Source of the DNA: an uncultured bacterium
Lineage (GTDB): Bacteria > JAAXHH01
DNA length: 63,311 nt
Direction of reading: 5' to 3'
Assembly: GCA_913051705.1 (NCBI GenBank)
Contig: CAJXCW010000001.1
Span: 1-63,311, forward strand
Each line of letters starts with the position of its first letter. The stretch's first letter is position 1. The notes beneath the pieces were generated by a model. That model saw only the letters and a list, made by a program, of their open reading frames with translations. It was not told the DNA's origin and searched no databases. Position numbers and translations under genes: made by a program. This document shows, piece after piece, positions 37,311 through 46,399 of this stretch.

Positions 37311-38251
37311 ATAGATCTAATACCCTTCCAAAACCCCACCACATACTGCCTACCGCTTACCGCTTACTGCTTACCGCCTACTGCCTACTGCTTACTGCCT
37401 ACTGCCTACTGCCTTCCCATCTCACCGCCCAGGAGACCGCTTCACGGGTAAAATACAAGATGTTCCAGAGCAAGGCGCTGAATCAGGAGAAACGAGGCGC
37501 GGTTTATCTGCCCGCAGGATATGATACCTCAGATAAAACCTACCCGGTCATTTATTTTCTGCACGGGCTGTTCGGTTCTGAAAACCGTTGGGAACAGCGC
37601 GGTGCAAAACCTATTGTAGATAAATTGATAGCCGACGGCACTATAACCCCGGCTATCATAGCCATCGCCGATGGCGACAATAGTTTTTATGTCAATGCAG
37701 TAAATGGTCAGGCCGCATACGAGGATTATATTATTAATGACTTCCTTCCCTATATTGAATCCACGTATCGTATTGACCCGAGACGGTCTCAACGGGCGAT
37801 AAGCGGGATATCCATGGGCGGGTTTGGATCCTTGATGCTTGGGATGCGTCATCCTGATCTGTTCTCTTCTGTAAGCGCTCATAGTGCGGTGTTGATTCCC
37901 GTGCCTCTGGATCAACTACCGCCTCGTCTTCTGCAATCCTATCAATCCCAGTTTTTCGAAGCTGTTTTTGGCAACCCGGTGGACGAAGCCCATTGGCGAC
38001 AACATCATCCTGTCGACCTCATTAATACGGCAACTGATCTGAAAACAGTATCCTGGTATTTTGATTGCGGGACGGAAGATCGGTATGGATTTCACAGGGG
38101 CGCGGCTAAATTGCACACCCTTATGGAATCTTCCGATATTCCCCATGAATACCATCTTTTCCCTGGGGGACATGGTTGGGAATATGTCCGCTCCACGTTA
38201 CACCGCTCTCTGAGCTTCCATTCCAAAAATTTCCAGATGGCTGACGAATGA
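37307..38251 (+). CDS. Esterase-family alpha/beta hydrolase (esterase D / enterochelin-esterase-like)
   Basis: ATGA overlap with the sulfatase stop. [17 protein letters not shown], nucleophile elbow GISMGGFGS. The N-terminal signal-like segment is encoded by a heptamer array. An alternative start exists at 37460. Confidence 0.75.
   Translation: MNRSNTLPKPHHILPTAYRLLLTAYCLLLTAYCLLPSHLTAQETASRVKYKMFQSKALNQEKRGAVYLPAGYDTSDKTYPVIYFLHGLFGSENRWEQRGAKPIVDKLIADGTITPAIIAIADGDNSFYVNAVNGQAAYEDYIINDFLPYIESTYRIDPRRSQRAISGISMGGFGSLMLGMRHPDLFSSVSAHSAVLIPVPLDQLPPRLLQSYQSQFFEAVFGNPVDEAHWRQHHPVDLINTATDLKTVSWYFDCGTEDRYGFHRGAAKLHTLMESSDIPHEYHLFPGGHGWEYVRSTLHRSLSFHSKNFQMADE
37345..37413. repeat. Heptanucleotide tandem array (about 9-10 units of TACYGCY) inside the 5' end of the esterase ORF
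   Basis: ACTGCCTACCGCTTACCGCTTACTGCTTACCGCCTACTGCCTACTGCTTACTGCCTACTGCCTACTGCC, translated as [22 protein letters not shown]. Confidence 0.9.
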
Positions 38252-39429
38252 CCGTTCCCCACCGCTCAGGCGAAAGACGTGTCATTGCCGTGCTGTTCGG
38301 GGTGATGTTCGCCGCTGTTGCGGACAATCAGATGATCTCACCGCTATTGCCGGATATGATGGCAGCCTTTGACGTAGATATCCGATTAGCCGGATTACTG
38401 GTCTCAACGTATGCTATAGCTGCTGCCGTGGCCTCCTTTACACTTGGACCGGTGTCGGATTTATGGGGACGCCGTCGCCTGTTGCTCATCGGCCTGGCTG
38501 TGTTCGCTGTGGGCACATTGTTATGCGGCCTGGCAACAAGTTATGCAACAATGCTTGTTTTTCGCGCGTTGACCGGGGCCGCGGCAGGTACGTTGTCGCT
38601 GAATATCACAGCCTTTATCGGTGATTATTTTTCATATGAACGACGTGGTGTGGCTATGGGCATGGTGATGTCCGGTTATTTCGCCGCTATGATCATCGGA
38701 GTGCCGATCGGCGCTTATATCGCAGAAGAGACGTCATGGCGAGGGGCATTTATCGCATTCGCCGGGATAGCCGTATTGTTATGGTGGCCAGTGTGGTTTA
38801 CCATACCCGTTCATGAAGGTAAACGAAAAATCCTGTCTACCCGTCTGGTATTAAAAAAGTATGCCTATTTTATTTCACAAACAGGGCCACTCATGGCGGT
38901 CCTGGCTTCTTTCCTTATTTCTGCCTCCATGGTAGGATTTATTACCTTTGTAGGTGCCTGGCTGAGAGAAGTGTATGGATTGTCCACCGATCGGATCGGG
39001 TTGATTTTTCTTGTCAGCGGCATCGGCGCTCTGCTGGGAAGCCCTCTGGCCGGGGCCATCTCGGATCGGATCGGTAAACGACCGGTGGTCTTCATCAGCA
39101 GTCTGGTAATGGCTGTCTGCCTCGGCGGTGTCCCATGGATCACCGGTTACCTTTCTCTTGTCTTCGTGGGTTTTATTATCACCGGCATCGCCGGCGCTTT
39201 TCGGCAGGCGCCCCTGCAGACCCTGATTACCGGTCTGGCAACAGAAGAAGATCGAGGCGCCCTGATCGCTCTGAAGAATACCTGTGCCGAAATACGCATC
39301 GGCGCAGGTACGGCCGTATGCGGGCTTCTCTATATAACCTGGGGATATCAGGCTGTAGGTATGGTCTGCGCTCTTATGACGGTCCTATCGGCATTCATGA
39401 TATGGGGGTGGGTTGAAGAACCGGGGTAG
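38248..39429 (+). CDS. MFS transporter
   Basis: 393 aa, ATGA overlap with the esterase stop, 12 predicted TM segments, motif GPVSDLWGRRRLLL (MFS loop 2-3). Confidence 0.85.
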   Translation: MTVPHRSGERRVIAVLFGVMFAAVADNQMISPLLPDMMAAFDVDIRLAGLLVSTYAIAAAVASFTLGPVSDLWGRRRLLLIGLAVFAVGTLLCGLATSYATMLVFRALTGAAAGTLSLNITAFIGDYFSYERRGVAMGMVMSGYFAAMIIGVPIGAYIAEETSWRGAFIAFAGIAVLLWWPVWFTIPVHEGKRKILSTRLVLKKYAYFISQTGPLMAVLASFLISASMVGFITFVGAWLREVYGLSTDRIGLIFLVSGIGALLGSPLAGAISDRIGKRPVVFISSLVMAVCLGGVPWITGYLSLVFVGFIITGIAGAFRQAPLQTLITGLATEEDRGALIALKNTCAEIRIGAGTAVCGLLYITWGYQAVGMVCALMTVLSAFMIWGWVEEPG

Positions 39430-39439
39430 ACGTGAGGGC

Positions 39440-39524
39440 GGAGTGGAAGGGTGGGAGGGAGGATGGGAGGGTAGATGGATGGACGTAAACCTTCCACCCA
39501 TGCACCTCTCCATCCTCCCATCCC
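39440..39524. repeat. Purine-rich / pyrimidine-rich hairpin between convergent genes (GGGAGGAT / CCATCCTC units)
   Basis: 39440-39482 GGAGTGGAAGGGTGGGAGGGAGGATGGGAGGGTAGATGGATGG, a 7-nt loop, then 39490-39524 CCTTCCACCCATGCACCTCTCCATCCTCCCATCCC. Imperfect, with a 10-11-bp perfect core. Confidence 0.75.
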
Positions 39525-39535
39525 GCTTTATCGAC

Positions 39536-40267
39536 CTATGCTTCGTCGTAATTGGTCAGCGGACGAATCCACACGTTACGATAGCGTACAAGATCGCCAT
39601 GGTCCTGTAATTTTAGCGGTCCGGTTGGCGCATGCGGCGTATCATAGTTTGCTACGTTGCGATGGCCGGTGGGGCCGATCGCTTTCTGACGGTGATGCAC
39701 AACCACGCCGTTATGTATAACCGTTAAATACGCAGCTTTTACCAGATGGCCCTCCTCATCCCATGAAGGCGCTTCAAAAATGATATCATAGGTCTGCCAT
39801 TCTCCGGGCTTTCGGCATGCATTGACCAACGGGGGATATTCGCCGTATATGCTTGCTGTGATGCCGTCTGCATATGTCCGGTTGTCGTATCCATCCAACA
39901 CCTGGATCTCATATAATCCCATAAGAAACACACCACTGTTTCCCCTGCCCTGACTGTTCCCTTTCACTTCAGACGGTGCTGCCCATTCGAGATGCACCTG
40001 GCAATCTCCGAAATGATCTCTGGTCTCAATATCCCCGGTTCGGGTCACTTCCATATAGCCGTTTTCGACCTTCCACTGCGCTTCTCCATCGCGCCCTGTC
40101 CACATCGACAAGTCTGTGCCATCAAACTGAACACTGGCATCGGAGGGAGGCGCAGCGTCCGACGCCCCTGGCGTTACAAGACGTGGTTGCGGTCGATTTC
40201 CGTCGTGAACCCGCCATTTAGAATCGGGGAGAAAAGGGGTGTCGTCGTATCCTACTGCTTCTGCCAT
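39536..40267 (-). CDS. DUF1080-domain protein (3-keto-disaccharide hydrolase-like)
   Basis: Start at MAEAVGYDD. FDGTDLSMW, WKVENGYMEV, FGDCQVHLEW, GNSGVFLMGLYEIQVLD, LKLQDHGD...YRNVWIRPL. No signal peptide. Confidence 0.78.
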   Translation of the reverse strand: MAEAVGYDDTPFLPDSKWRVHDGNRPQPRLVTPGASDAAPPSDASVQFDGTDLSMWTGRDGEAQWKVENGYMEVTRTGDIETRDHFGDCQVHLEWAAPSEVKGNSQGRGNSGVFLMGLYEIQVLDGYDNRTYADGITASIYGEYPPLVNACRKPGEWQTYDIIFEAPSWDEEGHLVKAAYLTVIHNGVVVHHRQKAIGPTGHRNVANYDTPHAPTGPLKLQDHGDLVRYRNVWIRPLTNYDEA

Positions 40268-40285
40268 GGAAAACTCCTGGGAAAT

Positions 40286-40306
40286 GGTGAGTTGGTGAGT
40301 TGGTGA
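40286..40306. repeat. Tandem octamer GGTGAGTT x2.5 in the 5' leader of the DUF1080 gene
   Basis: GGTGAGTTGGTGAGTTGGTGA, 19 nt upstream (gene sense) of the ATG at 40267. Translated only in the spurious extension to 40402. Confidence 0.75.
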
Positions 40307-40462
40307 TAATATGATCCAACACAGTACGCGTAAAAAGTTGATACGGGGGTCACCCGCATGCTTTAAGCGGGGATACCCACAGCTTGGAGAGGGTGGAATC
40401 ACCTATTGACGTGTACTATGATAATCCTAATAATTCCCGTGCTCTCTGTGCCTCTCCCTGGG

Positions 40463-42073
40463 TTACATTCTTTTCTGCAATATTTGCTTCCGCAAGGCGA
40501 GTCGCCATTCGGCCGCTTTGGGGAAATTTTCGAAACTTTGAATGTCTTGAAGGCGTGGGTCATTTCGATCTATCCCGAGGGTTTGTAACAGGGCGTAGTC
40601 CTGCAATGACTCTCCAAAGACCTCCCAGCGGATGGAGTCGATTGGCCCGTCCGGTCCCGGATAGACCACGAACGGATCGCCGTACGCCCAACCCCGGTAC
40701 CAAGCCAGGGCATCCTGCTCGGCATAGGGATCAATAAGATTTCGTTTGCCACACTCGTACCAGTAATTATAACCCCAGTGGAGAAACCCACGAAACGGCC
40801 AGCGATAAAACAACATACCGTGCATGGCAATTTTTGAGAGCGGGGTATCCATCAATCGGTTCAGATACGAGCCGCGCGGGCCGCAACAGTAGTAGCACCA
40901 GCTTGGAATATCGGCCTTATCAAAATCCAGAGCGGTGGTGATACTGGGTATCGGCATATCCGTCAGTTTTTGCTCGGCAAATTTAATCTCGGTCAAGGCA
41001 TCCATCACCTTCATCCAGGGCGCCAACTCCTGAAGTAAGGCCCTCGCTGCACGATAATTGGCCAGGTGCTCCTCGCCGTGGGGCTCATCAGAGACATGAA
41101 AAAAAGAATGGTCAAGCAGGTCATGCGCGGTAAGAAATTGATGGAGCTGAGGTAAAAACCGGGAGAGAAAGGACCGGTATATCTCAGAGGTGGCGCCGGT
41201 CTCAGGCGGCCAGAGCAGCACTTCCTCCCGGCCCTGATTTTCATAGATGCGCAGGGCGTTTTTTACCCCCCATTGGGTAAATAAATGGGTCCACTCAAAG
41301 TGCGTGATGCCATGGCTCCTGGCCAGAAGCACGTATCGCTCAACATCCGACCAGTCGAAATGGTAAGTGCCCGATCCTTGACGGGATATATGTAAAAGCT
41401 GGCTTGGACGTTTTATGCCATCAAGCGGCGGTGTAAAGAACGGTACGTAGAGCGTATCCAGGCCATGTCCAGCTACATTCTGGATATATTTTGACAGCAG
41501 ACCCCAGAACCGGTCATCAAAATGATCGGTTTTATACCAGTCCATCAATGCATCGATATAAACCCAATGCGTGATACTGAAATCGCGTCTTTTCTGAAGG
41601 ACAATATTATAGACTGTCACAGGCACCGTATGGGTCTGGACTCGCCCATCTTCAGGAGTTATGGTCACGGTCAGTTCATGTCTGCCCGGCGGCAGCGGAT
41701 CAGCCGGAGCGACCGTGATCCAGAATGCGTGGGTCTCACCTGTGGGCAAAAGCCATTCGTTTTCCTCAAAAAGCGGATCGGGGACATACCCGGGCACCAC
41801 CCCTGCCCCTTCAACATCCAGCGCTGAAGTCATAATCGGGGTATTCAGATGCCGAACGGGCACGTACCCTACCCTTCGCACCGTGATCGGCCATCCATCA
41901 GGGCCTTCAACATCTACACGCACGCGTTGCCGCTCTTCCGCTTCCCGTCTCATCACGACCTGAAAACTGAATCGCTCGTTACATGCTACATCGATTTCCA
42001 GCGCCGAAGCGTGTTGTATCTCTGTTTGAGGATAATGACGTTGATATACATGCGTACACCAGGTAAACATCAT
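40463..42073 (-). CDS. DUF4091-domain protein (GH123-like fold)
   Basis: 536 aa. WCYYCCGPRG, FLHWGYNYW and the overall length resemble DUF4091 proteins. No signal peptide. Confidence 0.5.
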   Translation of the reverse strand: MMFTWCTHVYQRHYPQTEIQHASALEIDVACNERFSFQVVMRREAEERQRVRVDVEGPDGWPITVRRVGYVPVRHLNTPIMTSALDVEGAGVVPGYVPDPLFEENEWLLPTGETHAFWITVAPADPLPPGRHELTVTITPEDGRVQTHTVPVTVYNIVLQKRRDFSITHWVYIDALMDWYKTDHFDDRFWGLLSKYIQNVAGHGLDTLYVPFFTPPLDGIKRPSQLLHISRQGSGTYHFDWSDVERYVLLARSHGITHFEWTHLFTQWGVKNALRIYENQGREEVLLWPPETGATSEIYRSFLSRFLPQLHQFLTAHDLLDHSFFHVSDEPHGEEHLANYRAARALLQELAPWMKVMDALTEIKFAEQKLTDMPIPSITTALDFDKADIPSWCYYCCGPRGSYLNRLMDTPLSKIAMHGMLFYRWPFRGFLHWGYNYWYECGKRNLIDPYAEQDALAWYRGWAYGDPFVVYPGPDGPIDSIRWEVFGESLQDYALLQTLGIDRNDPRLQDIQSFENFPKAAEWRLALRKQILQKRM

Positions 42074-42117
42074 TTATTCTTCCCTTATCATTTCCGAGCT
42101 CCTGTATTAAATGAGAC

Positions 42118-42145
42118 CTTCCATCCTCCCATCCTTCCATCCATA
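42118..42145. repeat. Single-arm pyrimidine microsatellite (CCATCCTY units), same unit family as 39490-39524
   Basis: CCTTCCATCCTCCCATCCTTCCATCCAT, between the DUF2961 stop and the DUF4091 start. Confidence 0.75.
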
Positions 42146-42157
42146 TTGTCTCTTCTC

Positions 42158-43291
42158 CTATTTCCTCTTCTCCGCCCAGGTCTTCTTATTCGCCAGCATT
42201 TCCTCATTCGGTGTGATTGTTCGGGAAGTGACCTGATTTGATTCATTATAAAGCCAGTAGCCCTGATTGTCGCGGTACACCGGCATTCGTTGAGCTACGG
42301 ATGGCACAGCGACTGTGGCGCAGGGTTGGTCCGCATACCAGTAGGCCACACTGCTCATCTCATTACATAAATGGTTACCATGGCCATGCTCAATGGTGAC
42401 CTTGATATCTTTTTCAAATCGCACCGGATTTTCAATATGGTGAACATAGCTGGTTTGATACCCGTTGGTATGCCGTTCGTATATGGAGGATCCATTGCGT
42501 TGAAAGGCATTGGCCTGCATCCCCCAGGCCTGATTGAGATAATCTTCGCTGCCGGTACCGTGCAGATCGGGTGGCCATTTATAGCCGTCCACCCAGATCA
42601 TGTCATCCCCTTCCCCCCACCAGGTGCCCTGGAAATTGGTGACGCTGATGTTGCAACCGATGAAATGTCCGCGTCCCTGCGTCTCAAGGAGGACATAGTT
42701 ATTATCCCATGCCAGGCGTTCGGTATTGACAATATTAGCTTCAGGACGGTTGACAGAAATCTCGTGACCCCAACCACCAAACGGATTCTCACGGCGGAAT
42801 TCTGCATGGAAATAGCCGGCGTCATTTTCAGAGGACCGACCATACGTTTCATAATCCACATAAAAATACTGGCGATGATCTTCGCTGCTGTCGTTGATAA
42901 GTTCTATGACAGCCCGTTCCTTGAAGGGCATATAGACATATGAATTCAAGGCGCAACCCTGATTAAACACGTTATTACGATTGGTTGATGCCGTAAACAA
43001 CAGGGATTCATACGAGTTGACGATATTGTGACCAAGCCCGAAGAAATCACCTAACGGGCAAAGAACGCTCGGCTGCGAAGCATTGTCCCAGGTGATTTTT
43101 AACAGGCATTCCCGATAGTGTTTCTGCTGCGTCATCCATATGTGGGTGACGCAGCCGGGACCGTTAATGTCCGCCAGTACCCTGGTCTCTCCAGCTGGGA
43201 TGACCCAGGCATCAGAGTTTCTTCCTGTGACGTCCCAGGAAGAGGCACGTCCGGTGGTTGCAGATTGAATCCTCGTAAGGTCTTTCAGCAT
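42158..43291 (-). CDS. DUF2961-domain protein (GH172-like)
   Basis: 377 aa. ADINGPGCVTHIWMT near the N-terminus and a double jelly-roll-like length. No signal peptide. Confidence 0.6.
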   Translation of the reverse strand: MLKDLTRIQSATTGRASSWDVTGRNSDAWVIPAGETRVLADINGPGCVTHIWMTQQKHYRECLLKITWDNASQPSVLCPLGDFFGLGHNIVNSYESLLFTASTNRNNVFNQGCALNSYVYMPFKERAVIELINDSSEDHRQYFYVDYETYGRSSENDAGYFHAEFRRENPFGGWGHEISVNRPEANIVNTERLAWDNNYVLLETQGRGHFIGCNISVTNFQGTWWGEGDDMIWVDGYKWPPDLHGTGSEDYLNQAWGMQANAFQRNGSSIYERHTNGYQTSYVHHIENPVRFEKDIKVTIEHGHGNHLCNEMSSVAYWYADQPCATVAVPSVAQRMPVYRDNQGYWLYNESNQVTSRTITPNEEMLANKKTWAEKRK

Positions 43292-43336
43292 GCATTCATC
43301 TCCTGACAGGATAGGGATTAATACGGTTTTATTATA

Positions 43337-44452
43337 TTACAAACACACCTCGTGGATCATCTTTGTATAAATATTTACCGCCTCATACAACTGTGGAATT
43401 TCAACATACTCGCCTACGGTATGGGCCCGGGCTATGCTGCCGGGCCCAAGGACGACGATATCGACTTTTTCCTTAAGATGGATCGCATCCGTACCATAGG
43501 GTACAGTTTCCGGCTTCTTACCGCCTGTAAACTTTGAGGCGAGTTGTACAACGGCATTTTCAGGGTCAAGGTAATACGGCTTACTCATACTCGATGTCAC
43601 CTCATATCCATACCCTCTGGCCTTGTTGACTAATTCCTCCACCAGGGCTTCACTATGATCATTCGGCATCGTTCGAAAACAGATGTGACACGTAGAGCGG
43701 GCGGCAGAGACGTTCTGTTTGGTGTCATAATCGGTAATCACCATGTTGAAACCGTTTGACGGCGGATTGTACTCATGGTTTAAAAAACGCTCATCATGTT
43801 TTATCTCTTTTGCCAGTTCCGCCATTTCAGCCAGAAAAGGAGCGATTAAAAAATTTGCGGATTGACCCAGTCCGGTGCTCGTATGCGCCGCTTCACCATG
43901 TGCGGTGACGACAATATGCGCTGAGCCTTTATGGGAATAGACCGGCGTAAGTGAGGTCGGCTCGGCCACCACGCCGAATTCCGGCCTGATGCTTTCCAGA
44001 ATTTCAGATTCATGCGTAACCTGATGCGCACCTTTTCCGCCTACTTCTTCGTCAGCTGTCGCCACGATGATAATCGGATGTTTTAATTGGGCAGCGGATA
44101 CAGAAGCAGCAGCTATCATCGTACAGGCCAGGGGTCCTTTCATATCGCAACTGCCGCGGCCATACAGCTTATCCCCTTCAACGATACCCTGGTAAGCGTC
44201 CCAATCCTGTTCCTGACCTGGGACTGTATCTGTATGCGAGAAGAACCCTATCCCTCCCTTACCCTCTCCTTTTTTACCTACAAGACTAACTTTCAGTTCG
44301 CCGTTTTGATCCGTAAAGGACAGACGTTCAACCTCGAATCCACAGGTCTTCATGCGTTCTTCCACCAGATCTGATATCTCAGCATTACTCCAACGGCTCA
44401 CAGACTTTATACCCACAAATTCCTTTGTTAAATCAACGGGGTCCAGGCCCAT
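43337..44452 (-). CDS. M20-family metallopeptidase / deacylase (ArgE/DapE-like)
   Basis: 371 aa. FFSHTDTVP, GRGSCDMKG, ATADEEVGG. Confidence 0.8.
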   Translation of the reverse strand: MGLDPVDLTKEFVGIKSVSRWSNAEISDLVEERMKTCGFEVERLSFTDQNGELKVSLVGKKGEGKGGIGFFSHTDTVPGQEQDWDAYQGIVEGDKLYGRGSCDMKGPLACTMIAAASVSAAQLKHPIIIVATADEEVGGKGAHQVTHESEILESIRPEFGVVAEPTSLTPVYSHKGSAHIVVTAHGEAAHTSTGLGQSANFLIAPFLAEMAELAKEIKHDERFLNHEYNPPSNGFNMVITDYDTKQNVSAARSTCHICFRTMPNDHSEALVEELVNKARGYGYEVTSSMSKPYYLDPENAVVQLASKFTGGKKPETVPYGTDAIHLKEKVDIVVLGPGSIARAHTVGEYVEIPQLYEAVNIYTKMIHEVCL

Positions 44453-44521
44453 ATGGTGCTCCTTTCTACAAAGTACAGGTCTCTTTCATGATCTGATCAG
44501 CACATATCAAGTGCGCTTCAC

Positions 44522-45511
44522 TCAATCATATAGCCACGTATTCAACTCTTCTCTCAAGGCGGGTTCCATCTTCATATCGTATGCTTCAAGGGCGTTGTCG
44601 ATATGGCTTGTCTTTCGTGCGCCGACAATCACCGACGTGATGTCCGGATGGGTCATAGCCCAGGCCATGGCAAGGCGTACCATAGGCATACCAAGCTCTA
44701 TTGCTTTGGACTGTAAACGTTCTACATTACGGAAATTGCGTTCATTGAAATAGATATCCGCATGACCTGGAATGACATCAAATCGTGACCCTTTGGGAAA
44801 AGAATCACGGTCCGGCGTATATTTCCCTGCCAGAAACCCGGCTGCCAGCGGACTGTAAGTCGTAATCCCTATTTCTTCGGATCTGCATAACGGAAAAAGA
44901 TCATCTTGCGCTTCAGGGGCAGCCAGGCTGTAGGGCGGTTGAATCACTTCAAACCGGGGATAGTTTTCCGTCTTACTTACCTCCAACGCTTCTCGAAGCT
45001 GGACAGCGGAAAAATTACTGCATCCAATATGCCGTACTCGACCGGATTCAACTTGTTCAGCCAACGCAGCCATACTTTCTTGAATCGGCGTCTGATCATC
45101 GGGTGAGTGGAGTTCATAGATATCCACATATTCCACCTGCAACCTGTCCAGACTGGTCTTAAGGGCCTTTTCAATATTTTCCGGACTATTACCGCTGCTT
45201 ACTTTGGAACATAAAATAATCTTGTCACGACATCCACGCGAGGTCAACCACCGCCCCATGATGATCTCCGCAGACCCTATTATATTTGTTGCTTCGCGCA
45301 CATCATCGACATTGAGCGCCTGCCTGCGATAGGCCTGCGCATTGCCTCCCCCATAGGCTTCTGCCGTGTCGAACCAGGTAATGCCTTTCTCTACGGCATA
45401 GTCCAGCACAGGATACGATGCCTCTTCATCAATCTCTCGTCCGAACGTCACGCATCCCAGACCTATAAAACTGATGGATTGATTTGTTCTACCAAGTAGC
45501 CGATATTCCAT
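44522..45511 (-). CDS. Aldo/keto reductase
   Basis: 329 aa. GITWFDTAEAYGGG, VDIYELHSPD, HIGCSNF. Confidence 0.87.
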   Translation of the reverse strand: MEYRLLGRTNQSISFIGLGCVTFGREIDEEASYPVLDYAVEKGITWFDTAEAYGGGNAQAYRRQALNVDDVREATNIIGSAEIIMGRWLTSRGCRDKIILCSKVSSGNSPENIEKALKTSLDRLQVEYVDIYELHSPDDQTPIQESMAALAEQVESGRVRHIGCSNFSAVQLREALEVSKTENYPRFEVIQPPYSLAAPEAQDDLFPLCRSEEIGITTYSPLAAGFLAGKYTPDRDSFPKGSRFDVIPGHADIYFNERNFRNVERLQSKAIELGMPMVRLAMAWAMTHPDITSVIVGARKTSHIDNALEAYDMKMEPALREELNTWLYD

Positions 45512-45586
45512 ATCTACTTTCCTCCTTAGCCTTACATGCTAACAGAAAATACAGGCTGGATAATGCTGGAGCAACAGGCATTTAAA

Positions 45587-45620
45587 TAAAAAACCCCGCT
45601 GTACTCAGCGGGGAAAAAAG
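45587..45620 (-). terminator. Rho-independent terminator of the sigma/Rad52-like operon
   Basis: CCCCGCTG-TACT-CAGCGGGG (45594-45613). On the minus strand the stem is followed by a T-run. 22 nt after the Rad52-like stop. Confidence 0.8.
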
Positions 45621-45641
45621 ATCGATATGAATAAGACTAAG

Positions 45642-46352
45642 TCAGTTCCCTTTCAACTTATCAATAATATCCTGCGCTTCATCCTGTGTTATTTCAGACA
45701 GATCACGACCGTAGCGCGATCTCGCCCGCTGATTCACCTGATCCTTTGTGAATTTCCGTTGGCGGGCGAGTTCAAAAATTTCTGCCAGTTGCAATTCGGT
45801 CACCTGATTTGATGGAGGTTCCGGCTCTCCCAGCAGATCATCCAAATCGTCATCTGTGACCGTCGTCTGCTTTAATTCTTCGGTAACGACGGATGTATAA
45901 TCTGAAGTCGAAGTCTCTGCTACGACATCGCTTGGTTCCGATATAACAGGTGATGGTTCTTCACTTTCAGATAGGCTTTCATCTGCGGGTACCCCGTACA
46001 ACTGGAGACCAATTCCATACAAGGTTGCCGTTTTTTTTAATGCATCGGATGCGGCTGCTTTTAGGGCGTCCCCCATGGACAGCACCATACCATCTTCGGT
46101 ATCCTGCTGAAGTTCACAGGTGCCGAATTGCTGTTTTGATACCCCTCCAGCCGTTATTTCACCCAACACCACCACATCGTCATCCAGAAATTTATGATCT
46201 ACAATTTGAAAACTCCATTCCCCATTAAATACTTCGTTCAAGCGATTTATGATGGTTGGGGTTTCAAGATAGGCGACCATCAAACCGATACTGGTGCGAC
46301 GGTGTTTGATCTGATCCGTTGGAAAAGGGCGTTTCAGGAGTTCCAGATTCAT
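45642..46352 (-). CDS. Rad52/22-family (DdrA/Sak-like) single-strand annealing protein
   Basis: Start at MNLELLKRPFP (AAGGAG 7 nt upstream). VAYLETPTIINRLNEVFNGEWSF and GDALKAAASDALKKTATLYGIGLQLYG match the Rad52 core. Acidic linker plus a small helical C-terminal domain. Confidence 0.65.
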   Translation of the reverse strand: MNLELLKRPFPTDQIKHRRTSIGLMVAYLETPTIINRLNEVFNGEWSFQIVDHKFLDDDVVVLGEITAGGVSKQQFGTCELQQDTEDGMVLSMGDALKAAASDALKKTATLYGIGLQLYGVPADESLSESEEPSPVISEPSDVVAETSTSDYTSVVTEELKQTTVTDDDLDDLLGEPEPPSNQVTELQLAEIFELARQRKFTKDQVNQRARSRYGRDLSEITQDEAQDIIDKLKGN

Positions 46353-46399
46353 CGTATTTCTCCTTAGATGGCCTACGGAGCAACTTCCCGTACACCCTC

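Noticed and set aside
42371-42943. 190-aa plus-strand ORF, and similar long antisense ORFs at 3694-4272, 15781-16365, 32735-33328, 34509-35015, 46614-47171 and 61985-62398
   Set aside because: Each is fully embedded antisense to, or out of frame with, a CDS that has clear family motifs. None shows motifs, an RBS or sensible composition.
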